Assembly: GCA_017536685.1 (NCBI GenBank)
Contig: JAFXGW010000024.1
Coordinates: 1,315-65,314 of the forward strand
Length of the DNA: 64,000 nt
From: Clostridia bacterium
GTDB lineage: Bacteria > Bacillota > Clostridia > TANB77 > CAG-508
Reading direction: 5' to 3'
Below, piece after piece: positions 28,325-37,899 of this stretch (position 1 is the stretch's first letter; every line of letters begins with the position of its first letter). A model generated the notes under the pieces. The model made no database searches and had not been told where the DNA came from. It saw nothing but the letters and a program-made list of their open reading frames with translations. Both the position numbers and the translations under genes were made by a program.

Positions 28325-29332
28325 ATGAAGAAGAAAACATGCATTATTACGTTAACCCTGTTGTTTACTATTTTGGCGATTTCCTTATCCATTAATGTAC
28401 TGATTTCTCTGGTAGCAGAATTTAATAATATCAATGTCAACCGGAATGAAGAAGTCATTGGAAATAGTGAACATGAAGCGTTTAGAATAGTTGAAATAAC
28501 ATTCGAGACACAGCCCGAAATTGAATCTGAAACAGTTCCAACTATTCAATCCACCTACGAAGTAGAAGCTCACACAGTCACTCAATTCGAAACTCACCCA
28601 GATACTCTGGCGGAACCTCAAATCAGAAAACTTACAGAGCAGGAAATTTTTGATGATAACATTACCTATTCTGTAGATTATATTGAAGATTCTGATGTTA
28701 TGCCATATGTTTTGATTAAGCCGTCTGAAATTGATGAGAATGTTGAGTTACCTGTAATTATTTGGTTACATGGTGCTAATAGTCAAAGCGATGGCGAAGA
28801 AACTTTTGTAAACAAGAGTCCAGCAACTATTTTCAGCAATTGGAACTTAACGAATTTTAATGCGTATATAATTTGCCCACAGATGAAGGGGAATTATTAT
28901 GCTAATCACTGGTGTAGTGAATATGTTGAAAAAAACATTGCTGATATGCTGGATAAGTTTACGGCTGAACATTTGGTAGATCGGGAAAAAATCATTGTTG
29001 CTGGAGCAAGCTTAGGAGGACAAGGATCAATTTACGCTGCAGTCAATATGACAGAATATTTTAGAAAGGCTGTTGTTCTCTGCGGATATCCATCATTGGC
29101 TAAATGTTCCGATATTAGCATTCCTGTTATTGGATATGTAGGAACAGTTGCTAAAGGAGAGGATCCTAATAGTGTGAAATTTATGAAGAACACTTTTGCT
29201 TCTCAAGTCGGTGAAGAAAAAATGATTATTGTTGAATCTTCTCATAATGAATTGCCTAAGAAGGTATTCGAGATAGATGAAGATAACAATGGAAAATCCG
29301 ATGTGGTTGAATGGATGTTTATCAATCAGTGA
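28325..29332 (+). CDS. Membrane-anchored or secreted alpha/beta-hydrolase (esterase-like)
   Basis: 335 aa with an N-terminal hydrophobic anchor and the nucleophile elbow GASLGGQG. It is G+C-richer than its neighbours and uses G/C-ending codons. Confidence 0.65.
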   Translation: MKKKTCIITLTLLFTILAISLSINVLISLVAEFNNINVNRNEEVIGNSEHEAFRIVEITFETQPEIESETVPTIQSTYEVEAHTVTQFETHPDTLAEPQIRKLTEQEIFDDNITYSVDYIEDSDVMPYVLIKPSEIDENVELPVIIWLHGANSQSDGEETFVNKSPATIFSNWNLTNFNAYIICPQMKGNYYANHWCSEYVEKNIADMLDKFTAEHLVDREKIIVAGASLGGQGSIYAAVNMTEYFRKAVVLCGYPSLAKCSDISIPVIGYVGTVAKGEDPNSVKFMKNTFASQVGEEKMIIVESSHNELPKKVFEIDEDNNGKSDVVEWMFINQ

Positions 29333-29394
29333 GTAGTTTCTAAGATTGCCAAAACTAGAAGTGGTACCGGATAAGATACCTAAAAAAATATTTT

Positions 29395-29438
29395 CCAGAG
29401 CTGAAAAATAGTCCCATTTCAGCTCTGGGTCTTTTTTT
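29395..29438 (+). terminator. Intrinsic terminator
   Basis: Perfect 12-bp stem CCAGAGCTGAAA (29395-29406) / TTTCAGCTCTGG (29417-29428), followed by GTC and a T7 run. Confidence 0.9.
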
Positions 29439-29519
29439 GTTAAAATGTAAAAATTATATTAAAAGTACTTTAAATTTTAATAAAATTTGATGACTTTTAA
29501 ATTAAAATAATATATAATG

Positions 29520-29548
29520 TTGACAGTAAATTTTTAAAAATATATAAT
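29520..29548 (+). promoter_or_regulatory. Consensus sigma-A promoter of pcrA
   Basis: TTGACA at 29520-29525, a 17-nt spacer, then TATAAT at 29543-29548. Confidence 0.7.
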
Positions 29549-29597
29549 GCAAACAAAAGTTTTAAAACTTTTAAAATATTACAATGAGGAGATATTG

Positions 29598-31931
29598 ATG
29601 AATTTATTAGAAGGATTAAATGATAAACAATATGAAGCAGTTACAAATACAGAAGGTCCATGCTTAGTTATAGCTGGTGCAGGAAGTGGAAAAACAAAAG
29701 TATTAACTCACAAAATTGCTTACTTAATGGGAGAAAAAGGTGTAAAACCTTGGGATATATTAGCTATAACTTTTACAAATAAAGCAGCTAATGAAATGAA
29801 ATCAAGAGTAGAGAATTTAGTTGGAGATGCAGCTAAAGATATGTGGATTGGAACATTCCACTCAATATGTGTTAGAATATTAAGAAAGCAAATAGATAGA
29901 ATAGGTTTTGATACATCATTTATTATATTTGATACATCAGACCAAAAAACATTAATAAAACAAATTATAAAAAATAAAAATTTAGATGATAAATTATTTT
30001 CAGATAGATCAGTTCTTTCAGAAATTAGTAATGCGAAAAACGATATGTTAGAACCTGATAGTTATGCAGTAAAAGCTAGAGGAGATTTAAGAAAAGAAAC
30101 TATAGCTGAAATATATGAAATTTATCAAACAAAATTAAAAGAAAATAATGCAATAGATTTTGATGATATAATAAATTTTACAATCAAAATCTTATTAGAT
30201 AATCCAGACTTATTAGAATATTATTCAGGAAAATTTAAATATGTTTTAGTAGATGAATATCAAGATACAAACAAAGCTCAATTTACTTTAGTAACGTTAC
30301 TTGCTTCTAAATATGGCAATATAACAGTTGTAGGAGACAATGACCAAGGGATTTATTCTTTTAGAGGCGCCGATATTTCAAATATTTTAAATTTTGAAAA
30401 AGATTTTCCAGGAACAAGAATAGTAAAATTAGAGCAAAACTATAGATGTACACAAAGCATATTAAATGCAGCAAATGAAGTTATAAAAAATAATGAAACT
30501 AAATATGAAAAGAAATTATGGACTGAAAATGAAAGAGGAAAATTACCAAAGGTATTTAGGGGAGACAATGAATACGATGAAGCAAACTTTATAGTAAGAA
30601 ACATAAATTCTTTAAAAATGGAAGAATATTATAAATATTCAGACTTTGCGGTTTTGTATAGAATGAATTCTCAATCACGTGCAATAGAAGATATTTTAAG
30701 AAGAGAAAACATTCCATATAAAATCGTAGGTGGTTTAAAATTCTATGAAAGAAAAGAAATAAAAGATGCTATTGCATATTTAAGATTAATTCAAAATCCT
30801 TCAGATAATTTGAGTTTAACAAGAATTATAAATGAACCTAAAAGAGGTGTTGGAAAAACAAGTTTAGATAATATTGATGCATTGGCAGCAAATAATGGAA
30901 TTTCAATGTATGAAATAATTAAAGAGGCAGACAAATATGGATTAAATAGAGTTTTTGCTAATACTAGAGAATTTATTTCTGTAATAGAAGAATTAAGAAG
31001 TAAAAAAGATGATATAAAAATATCAGAGTTAATAAAAGAAATGCTTAATAAAACGGGATATACTAAAGCGTTAGAACTTGAAAATACAGTTGAAGCAGAA
31101 TCAAGAATAGAAAACTTAGATGAGTTCTTAACGGTTGCTATAGAATTTGAAGAAGAATCAGCAGATAATTCTTTGAGTGAGTTTTTAGAAGGTATTACTT
31201 TAAGTTCTGATTTAGATGGAATGGAAGATTCAGAAGAATCTGTAACTTTAATGACTCTACATAGTGCAAAAGGATTAGAGTTTCCGGTTGTATTTTTAGT
31301 TGGAATGGAAGAAGGAATTTTTCCAGGATATAAATCTATCGGTGAGCCACAAGAATTAGAAGAAGAAAGAAGACTTTGCTATGTTGGTATAACAAGAGCA
31401 AAAGAAAATTTGTTTTTGACTTGTGCTCGTCAAAGAACAATATTTGGTTCTACAAGTTGTAATAGTGTTTCTAGGTTTATAAAAGAAATACCAGCAAATA
31501 TGCTTGATGGTTATGAAGAAATAGAAGATAGAAATAATAGATATCCAGATAACGATAATGGATATAATTGGGAATATGGAGAAAGAAGGAATTCTTATAA
31601 TGATTCTTATAGTTATAGTTCTGGGTTTGGTTCATCGATTTCTACATATAAAGATATAGCTGCAGCTTCTTCAAGAGGAAGTTCTACAACGTTCCAATTT
31701 AGAAGTGCAGATAGTTTTTTAAATAGTTTAAATACAAACAAAAAGAAAAATGATGATTTAGATTTATCTACTTATAAAGCTGGAGTTAGAGTATACCATA
31801 AAAAATTTGGGGAAGGTGTAATTAACTTTGTTGAAACAGAAGGAGAAGATTTAAAAGTAGATATCAATTTTGAAAAAGCAGGTCACAAAAGATTAATGGC
31901 AAAATTTGCAGGATTAGAAATTATAGATTAG
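29598..31931 (+). CDS. pcrA: ATP-dependent DNA helicase PcrA (UvrD family)
   Basis: Start is the ATG at 29598 behind GAGGAG. Motifs AGAGSGKTKVLTH, VDEYQDTN and LEQNYRC are present, as is the C-terminal Tudor-like tail (VYHKKFGEGVI). Confidence 0.96.
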   Translation: MNLLEGLNDKQYEAVTNTEGPCLVIAGAGSGKTKVLTHKIAYLMGEKGVKPWDILAITFTNKAANEMKSRVENLVGDAAKDMWIGTFHSICVRILRKQIDRIGFDTSFIIFDTSDQKTLIKQIIKNKNLDDKLFSDRSVLSEISNAKNDMLEPDSYAVKARGDLRKETIAEIYEIYQTKLKENNAIDFDDIINFTIKILLDNPDLLEYYSGKFKYVLVDEYQDTNKAQFTLVTLLASKYGNITVVGDNDQGIYSFRGADISNILNFEKDFPGTRIVKLEQNYRCTQSILNAANEVIKNNETKYEKKLWTENERGKLPKVFRGDNEYDEANFIVRNINSLKMEEYYKYSDFAVLYRMNSQSRAIEDILRRENIPYKIVGGLKFYERKEIKDAIAYLRLIQNPSDNLSLTRIINEPKRGVGKTSLDNIDALAANNGISMYEIIKEADKYGLNRVFANTREFISVIEELRSKKDDIKISELIKEMLNKTGYTKALELENTVEAESRIENLDEFLTVAIEFEEESADNSLSEFLEGITLSSDLDGMEDSEESVTLMTLHSAKGLEFPVVFLVGMEEGIFPGYKSIGEPQELEEERRLCYVGITRAKENLFLTCARQRTIFGSTSCNSVSRFIKEIPANMLDGYEEIEDRNNRYPDNDNGYNWEYGERRNSYNDSYSYSSGFGSSISTYKDIAAASSRGSSTTFQFRSADSFLNSLNTNKKKNDDLDLSTYKAGVRVYHKKFGEGVINFVETEGEDLKVDINFEKAGHKRLMAKFAGLEIID

Positions 31932-31947
31932 AAAGAAATTTTTAATA

Positions 31948-33648
31948 ATGGATTATCAAGAACTAATAAGTTCATATAATAATAAAGGTTTGGATATTAC
32001 TAGCTTAAAACAAAAGTTAGAGATAGCTAAGCCTTTAAAAGGACGCTTAAAATATAGAGCAATTGATATAATTTCACAAAGATCAGCAATATTAAATGAC
32101 ATAAATAATTTGCTTATAACTTTAGAAAAACCAGATAAAATTGAAAGTTTTAACTATGATATAAAAACGTTATTATGTGAATATTTTTCTACACTAATAG
32201 AATCGATTTCTAGATTAAAAGCTTGGAAGTTTATGAAATTAAACTCAGAAGAATATACTTTAGAAGAATTCGAAAAACTTAATAAAAAAGAACAATTTAA
32301 AAAGATGCTATATTTAAATAGAGAATATAGTGCGTTTTTAGAATATCAAAATATAGCAGATATAAGAGATTGTTTAAAGAATGCAGATGATTTAAATGAT
32401 GACATAATAAGAAAATTAGAATTTCTAAGACAAATGTTTGATAAGTTTAAAAATAAAGAATTGAAAATTGAATTTTTCTGTTTTGATAAAAATTTTCTGA
32501 TGACTTTAATTTGGTTTAGAAAGTGGAATGGACTTAAATTTGAAGATTTCATGAAAACAAGAAAAAAGAATATACAAGAGGAATATAAAAAATTTTCGCA
32601 ATTTTTTACGAGTGAAGATTTTAGAAATGTATCAGAGAATTTGGATTTAACAAGTAAAACATTAAAAACTTCTGTAAATAATATAATTGAAGCTTATAGT
32701 GAAATGTCTGAATCAGAAGCAGAAGTGTATTATATTCAAGAAGAATTTGAACAATTTAAAGAATTATTAAAAAAATTTAAAAGAATGCAGACTATTGAAA
32801 AAGAATACGAGAAAGAAAAGAAAGAAAGAGAAAAAATAAAATCAGAATCAGATCGAATTGATAATACTAAAAAAATTACTGAGAGTAACTTAGAGAAAAC
32901 TAAAAAGAATAATAAAAACGTGAGCAATATAAGTAAAATAAAAAATATTGATAATCAAGTTCCAAAAGAGCAAGTAAATCCTCTAATTTTTACTTGGTTT
33001 GAAAGAGAAGACATAACTTTAACTAAGAGAATTGGAATGAAAAATTTAACCAAATTTTTTGATAAAATAAAAGAAATTGAAAATAAGACAGGAATTAGAG
33101 TATCGTTATATATTGTTACTAATGCAGGAAAAGAAGTAACCTTAAAAAGATTAGAAGAGTTTAAAAAGAAAGCAGCTCAAAATGGATTAGCAAATTTAGT
33201 AGAAGGAGCTTTAGGTGGTTATAGTTCTTTTAAAATAGATAAAAAAGGTAAAATAAAAGATATTGTTGGAATGACGAACTCAAGTAGGCAAAAAATAATA
33301 AATATTCTAGAAAAATCAAAAGGAATGATTTTTTCAAGAGATTTAATTGATGAAACAGAACAATTTTATATAAGATATCAAATGACTGATAAAAAAGATA
33401 AATCAATTAATAAAAAATATTTAAATTTATTAGTTAACAATTTATTAAAAGATGATAATATACGTAATAAACCATTAAAATTCTTATCATTTGTGGAGGG
33501 AAAGAAAGCGGGAATAGATGTACTATTTGAAGAACAATTGAAAGGAATTTCACAATTATCAGAATATTATAAAGAAAAGTATTTAATATCATCAAGTAAA
33601 ACTTTAAATGCTAGAATAGATAATATAGAGAGTTTTTTAGAAGAATAG
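31948..33648 (+). CDS. Hypothetical protein (566 aa)
   Basis: Begins 16 nt after pcrA. It is Lys/Glu-rich with a coiled-coil-like middle. No confident motif was recognised. Confidence 0.6.
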   Translation: MDYQELISSYNNKGLDITSLKQKLEIAKPLKGRLKYRAIDIISQRSAILNDINNLLITLEKPDKIESFNYDIKTLLCEYFSTLIESISRLKAWKFMKLNSEEYTLEEFEKLNKKEQFKKMLYLNREYSAFLEYQNIADIRDCLKNADDLNDDIIRKLEFLRQMFDKFKNKELKIEFFCFDKNFLMTLIWFRKWNGLKFEDFMKTRKKNIQEEYKKFSQFFTSEDFRNVSENLDLTSKTLKTSVNNIIEAYSEMSESEAEVYYIQEEFEQFKELLKKFKRMQTIEKEYEKEKKEREKIKSESDRIDNTKKITESNLEKTKKNNKNVSNISKIKNIDNQVPKEQVNPLIFTWFEREDITLTKRIGMKNLTKFFDKIKEIENKTGIRVSLYIVTNAGKEVTLKRLEEFKKKAAQNGLANLVEGALGGYSSFKIDKKGKIKDIVGMTNSSRQKIINILEKSKGMIFSRDLIDETEQFYIRYQMTDKKDKSINKKYLNLLVNNLLKDDNIRNKPLKFLSFVEGKKAGIDVLFEEQLKGISQLSEYYKEKYLISSSKTLNARIDNIESFLEE

Positions 33649-33670
33649 AAATTGGAAAAAAATAAAAATG

Positions 33671-33699
33671 TTTACATAACTAAGAAAGTGTGATATAAT
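33671..33699 (+). promoter_or_regulatory. Extended -10 promoter
   Basis: TTTACA at 33671-33676, a 17-nt spacer, then TGaTATAAT ending at 33699. Confidence 0.6.
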
Positions 33700-33746
33700 A
33701 TAGAATATTGAAAGCCTTTTGAACTTGAAATAAGTGAGGTGACAAG

Positions 33747-33983
33747 ATGAATGCACAAAAACTTATAGAACAAATCTATGAAAAAATGGAGATGTTCAAG
33801 AGGGATTCCTCTTGTGGCAGAAGACAATACTTATTTGCTGCATCGAAGCTTTGCGAGTTTGAAAAACGGTTATCTGAGATGACAAATGAAGGAAACGAAT
33901 TTGACATCGAAGAGCTCCAAAGTATTGATGAAAGCATAACTAAAATTCTCAAAAATTTGGGTATTAAAATGCCACAAAAATAA
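33747..33983 (+). CDS. Hypothetical small protein (78 aa)
   Basis: SD GTGAGGTGA upstream. It has its own promoter and terminator and is G+C-richer than its flanks. Confidence 0.55.
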   Translation: MNAQKLIEQIYEKMEMFKRDSSCGRRQYLFAASKLCEFEKRLSEMTNEGNEFDIEELQSIDESITKILKNLGIKMPQK

Positions 33984-34014
33984 GCTGGGACTTGCAGTTC
34001 CAGCTTATTTTTTT
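33981..34014 (+). terminator. Intrinsic terminator
   Basis: 10-bp stem TAAGCTGGGA/TTCCAGCTTA containing one G-T pair, followed by a T7 run. The stop codon lies inside the stem. Confidence 0.85.
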
Positions 34015-34073
34015 GACTAAAATTATAAAATATGGTATAATGATTATGTAAATAAAGCAAAAGAGGAGAAAAA

Positions 34074-35147
34074 ATGAAATATACAAGAAAAGAGAGAAGG
34101 AGCAGAACAGATTATCTTTTGAATAAATTTAATGACATTGTAGAAAATAGATATTTACTAAATAGTTCGGAAGATAATTTAAATGAACTCCTAGATTTTT
34201 ATGAAGAATTAATACCAAATTGGGTACAGCAATTTAATAGATTTAATAAAAATTTATCAAGAAGGAATAGTACTCAAGTTCCGATATTTGATGAATTTTT
34301 AAAGGTACAACTACCAGATGGTTATAGTGTTAAAGATTTAAAAGCTCCTGAAAATAAAGGTAACAATTCATTTAAAGATATAATGAATAGAGGGAGAATT
34401 ATACATTTATCAAATAAAATTGCTCACCAATTTGATTATATGTTTAGGACGGAAGTGTCTGATTTTTTAAAGAAAAATCAAATTCAACCGTCTACACCAG
34501 AAGAATTTGAACAAATAGTTGCTCTTATGAGAAGGGTATATAGTCCAAGTATACCAACAGCTAAAAAAGTATATGCAAAAGAAAACCTTTTTTCTTATGG
34601 ATTTGAAAAAGCAGATTTTGAACCCAATTCATATTTAAACAAACAAAATTTAAGTGGTTTAGTTAGAGGTTTTTATGATGCTATGTTTATAAAAGATACA
34701 GAGATTGAAAATGTAAATGAATTAGCACAAATACATGATAGAAGAGATGTATCTTATGGTATAAAAAGTGATGATAGGAATAATGCATTATTTGTGATGG
34801 ATGTTCAAAAATTTGGTCAATTTTCAGTACATATAAAAAATCCAGATTTAATTGCCAAAATAAAGCAAAAATATGAAATGCCTATATATAGAAGAGAGAC
34901 AAGTGTATTGGTTGACTATGTATCAGAATCTGCTAAAAAATTTATAAAAGATTCTCAAGAAGATTCATCTATGGATGATGAAAGAAAGATTCCGAAAAAA
35001 ATACCATATGCAGCTAAACAAAGAAGAAGATTAGTTGCAGAAATTAATTTTTTAGACATACCAGCAGCAGAAAAACATGAAATCGGTGTTAAAGCAGGTC
35101 TTATTGATTCAAATTTAAAAAGATTAGAGACGGATGAGGAAAGATAG
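34074..35147 (+). CDS. Hypothetical protein (357 aa)
   Basis: SD AGAGGAGAAAA upstream. Basic N-terminus; no motif recognised. Confidence 0.6.
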   Translation: MKYTRKERRSRTDYLLNKFNDIVENRYLLNSSEDNLNELLDFYEELIPNWVQQFNRFNKNLSRRNSTQVPIFDEFLKVQLPDGYSVKDLKAPENKGNNSFKDIMNRGRIIHLSNKIAHQFDYMFRTEVSDFLKKNQIQPSTPEEFEQIVALMRRVYSPSIPTAKKVYAKENLFSYGFEKADFEPNSYLNKQNLSGLVRGFYDAMFIKDTEIENVNELAQIHDRRDVSYGIKSDDRNNALFVMDVQKFGQFSVHIKNPDLIAKIKQKYEMPIYRRETSVLVDYVSESAKKFIKDSQEDSSMDDERKIPKKIPYAAKQRRRLVAEINFLDIPAAEKHEIGVKAGLIDSNLKRLETDEER

Positions 35148-35158
35148 GAGAAGAAACT

Positions 35159-35533
35159 ATGGAAAAAATAATGATAGAAAATATTGTAAAAGTCGAATTC
35201 ATTAAAAATAAATTTGATAAAATTGATAAATTAATTAAAAAAGAGAATTATAAAGATGCTTATATAGCTACAGCTGCATTGATAGAAATTGTTTGCATGT
35301 TACTGATATCCAAAAAATTTAATCAAACAGTTGATAATTCTAATATTATAAATATAATAAAAATGTTGACTAAAAATAATGAAAAGGAAATAGTTGGAAT
35401 ATTAAAAGAAATAAATGCAGAATACAATTTAATTAATATGGATAATGTTACAGAAATGGACATAATTTATTTAATTGGCTATTTAGATGAAATAGTAAAA
35501 GAAATTATAGAAAAATATGGGAATATTTTTTAG
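35159..35533 (+). CDS. Hypothetical all-helical small protein (124 aa)
   Basis: Begins 11 nt after the previous gene, with SD TAGGAGAAG upstream. Confidence 0.55.
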   Translation: MEKIMIENIVKVEFIKNKFDKIDKLIKKENYKDAYIATAALIEIVCMLLISKKFNQTVDNSNIINIIKMLTKNNEKEIVGILKEINAEYNLINMDNVTEMDIIYLIGYLDEIVKEIIEKYGNIF

Positions 35534-35540
35534 AATAATA

Positions 35541-35567
35541 AAAAAGGTCACGAAAGTGATCTTTTTT
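35541..35567 (+). terminator. Intrinsic terminator (GAAA tetraloop)
   Basis: AAGGTCAC, loop GAAA, GTGATCTT, followed by a T-run. Confidence 0.8.
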
Positions 35568-35636
35568 GTATTGAAATGTATCTCAAATAACAACAAAATA
35601 TTTTACACATGAATTTAATAAAGATAGTGATTATGA

Positions 35637-35665
35637 TTGAAACTTGTAGAATGCTATGCTATAAT
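35637..35665 (+). promoter_or_regulatory. Near-consensus sigma-A promoter
   Basis: TTGAAA at 35637-35642, a 17-nt spacer, then TATAAT at 35660-35665. Confidence 0.65.
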
Positions 35666-35705
35666 AAGAGGCGCTCGAATTTGAATCACGGAGAGGGGAT
35701 GCAAA

Positions 35706-36338
35706 GTGGAAACTCGGAAAATTATCGAAAAATCTATAGGTTCGAATCAAATTACTGTTGTTACAAACAAGTTACCAGAGATTAGTATAACCGAAATAAA
35801 TCCATATGAACCATTTAAAGGGGAAGATGGAAATACATATTCTATTGAATATGATAATAGATTAAACGGTTATACTAATTGCTATGCTTTTGCAATGGGG
35901 TGGCTTGTAGAAGCAGACAATAAGTATGATGATTATATTCCAGGTTTTTTAGTGGGAAAACCATTTTCAGTGGAAAATTCTGCTAATCTTGTTAAAGCAG
36001 ATTTGGAACAAGTTGGTCGTAAAGTTTATGAAATCATTTATAATGTTCCTAAGCAATTACCGGATGGAGACGGATATTGGATAAAATTTTTATATCGTCC
36101 TGGAAAGAATGACTTGTCATCTCATTTTATGAGAAAAGACAAAAAATCTGGAAGATGGATTCACAAAATGGGGTGGTATACATCACCAAAAGTATGTGTA
36201 CGGAATTTAGAATTTGGAGACAAAATCGTTAAATGTGAAATTGAAACCAATGATTCCGCGGGATACATATCGTATTCCCAATCAGAAGGAGTAAAAAAAT
36301 ATGTAACACTTTGGGCTATGCGAGTTTCGGAACCTTAA
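35706..36338 (+). CDS. Hypothetical protein, possibly a papain-fold (Cys-His) hydrolase
   Basis: GTG start behind GGAGAGGGG. Candidate catalytic Cys in GYTNCYAFAMGW and downstream His residues (SSHFMRKD, RWIHKMGW). G+C-richer than its flanks. Confidence 0.5.
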   Translation: METRKIIEKSIGSNQITVVTNKLPEISITEINPYEPFKGEDGNTYSIEYDNRLNGYTNCYAFAMGWLVEADNKYDDYIPGFLVGKPFSVENSANLVKADLEQVGRKVYEIIYNVPKQLPDGDGYWIKFLYRPGKNDLSSHFMRKDKKSGRWIHKMGWYTSPKVCVRNLEFGDKIVKCEIETNDSAGYISYSQSEGVKKYVTLWAMRVSEP

Positions 36339-36364
36339 AGTGAAATGCACTTTTGTGCAATGTC

Positions 36365-36408
36365 AAAAAAGACGCTTATATAGGCTATTACCAATATAAG
36401 CGTCTTTT
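36365..36408. terminator. Bidirectional terminator between convergent genes
   Basis: 11-bp stem GACGCTTATAT (36371-36381) / ATATAAGCGTC (36394-36404), flanked by A6 on one side and T4 on the other. Confidence 0.85.
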
Positions 36409-36447
36409 GATTAAATAATAATAAATATATTTATTGAATCTAATAAT

Positions 36448-37899
36448 TTAAATTAAAGCTTTTAAAACTCTAGCCATTTGAACACCATTTGCGGAAGCCA
36501 TTAGAAGACCTCTAGTAACTCCACCACCGTCACCAATTGAATACAAGCCTTTAATGCTAGTTTCAAAATTATTATCAATAACAATTTCATTAGAGTAAAA
36601 TTTTATTTCTGCGGCATAAAGAAGATTATCTGGATTAGCAAATCCAGGGATAACTTTATCCATTGTTTTTATAAATTCTAATATATCAACCATTGTTCTA
36701 TAACCAATCGCATAAGTAATATCACCAGCAACTGCTGTTTTTAAAGTTGGAACGACTGAATTGGATTTTAAATCTTTATCCCAAGTACGTTTTCCGTTTA
36801 AAATATCACCAAGTCTTTGTACTAAAACGTTACCCATACCAAGTTGATTTGCATTTTCTCCGATATTAACACCATATTTGATTGGCTCTTCAAAAGGATC
36901 ATTAAAATGATGAGAAGCAAGAAGAGCTAAATTTGTATTGGTACTTTTTTTATTTTTATAAGAGTGACCATTTACTAAAGTTAAGTCATTATCATAAACT
37001 TCGTTAGCAACAAAGCCACTTGGATTTTGACAGAATGTTCTAACTTTATCTTTATAAGGTGGAAGATATCCAACAAATTTCCCTTCATAAAGATATTTAT
37101 TAACATCTTTCATAACGGAATCTGGAAGTTCATATCTAACACCAACATCAACGACACCAGCACGATTTTTGATAGAATGCTTTATACACATTTCTGAAAG
37201 CCAATTTGCACCTTTTCTGCCAATTCCAAGAACAACGTTATTGCTAAATATTTCCACATCTTTTGAACAATCTGTGGAACCTGAAGGAGAAATTATAACT
37301 CCACTAATTTTATTTTCTTTTACAATTAAATCTTTAACATTTGTTTCAAACATGATTTCAACATTGTTTGCTAAAATATAATCTTGAAGTTTTTTATAAA
37401 GTTCGTGACTCTTTTCTGTTCCTAAGTGCCTAATGGGACAATTAGCTAAAATGATATTATTGGCTTGTGCGCGCTCTGATATTTCTTGAATTTTATCTAA
37501 ATTTTCTAATCCTTCGATATGAGGATCTGCTCCAAATTTTAAATAAATGTCATCTGCATAAAACATTAAATCCTTTGTTTTTTCAACACCAAGATATTTA
37601 TGAAGACTGCCACCAACTTCAATAGAATCACTATCTTTATTTGGAAGAGTTAATTTTCCATCAGAGAAAGCACCAGCACCAGAAAAGCCGCTAGTAATAC
37701 TACAATAAGGCTTACATTTTACGCATTTGCCAGCCTTTTCAACAGGGCAAGTTCTTTTCTCAACAGCTTTTCCTTGTTCAACTAAAAGGATTTTTTTATC
37801 TTTTGCGAGTCCAAGTTCAATAAGTTCATAAGCTGTAAAAACCCCACTAGGTCCAGCTCCTACTATAATTAAATCATATTTTTTATTCAATATAATCAC
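36448..37899 (-). CDS. FAD-dependent oxidoreductase (COG2509-like)
   Basis: 483 aa with the N-terminal dinucleotide fold DLIIVGAGPSGVFTAYEL and the C-terminal SIGDGGGVTRG. Confidence 0.8.
   Translation of the reverse strand: MIILNKKYDLIIVGAGPSGVFTAYELIELGLAKDKKILLVEQGKAVEKRTCPVEKAGKCVKCKPYCSITSGFSGAGAFSDGKLTLPNKDSDSIEVGGSLHKYLGVEKTKDLMFYADDIYLKFGADPHIEGLENLDKIQEISERAQANNIILANCPIRHLGTEKSHELYKKLQDYILANNVEIMFETNVKDLIVKENKISGVIISPSGSTDCSKDVEIFSNNVVLGIGRKGANWLSEMCIKHSIKNRAGVVDVGVRYELPDSVMKDVNKYLYEGKFVGYLPPYKDKVRTFCQNPSGFVANEVYDNDLTLVNGHSYKNKKSTNTNLALLASHHFNDPFEEPIKYGVNIGENANQLGMGNVLVQRLGDILNGKRTWDKDLKSNSVVPTLKTAVAGDITYAIGYRTMVDILEFIKTMDKVIPGFANPDNLLYAAEIKFYSNEIVIDNNFETSIKGLYSIGDGGGVTRGLLMASANGVQMARVLKALI

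Noticed and set aside
33000-35533. Domain guesses: a HAD/Cof-like fold in the C-terminal half of the 566-aa protein, and a HEPN-like fold for the 124-aa protein (35159..35533).
   Set aside because: The diagnostic motifs are absent (DxD for HAD, Rx4-6H for HEPN). The resemblance is limited to hydrophobic patterning, so no call is made.
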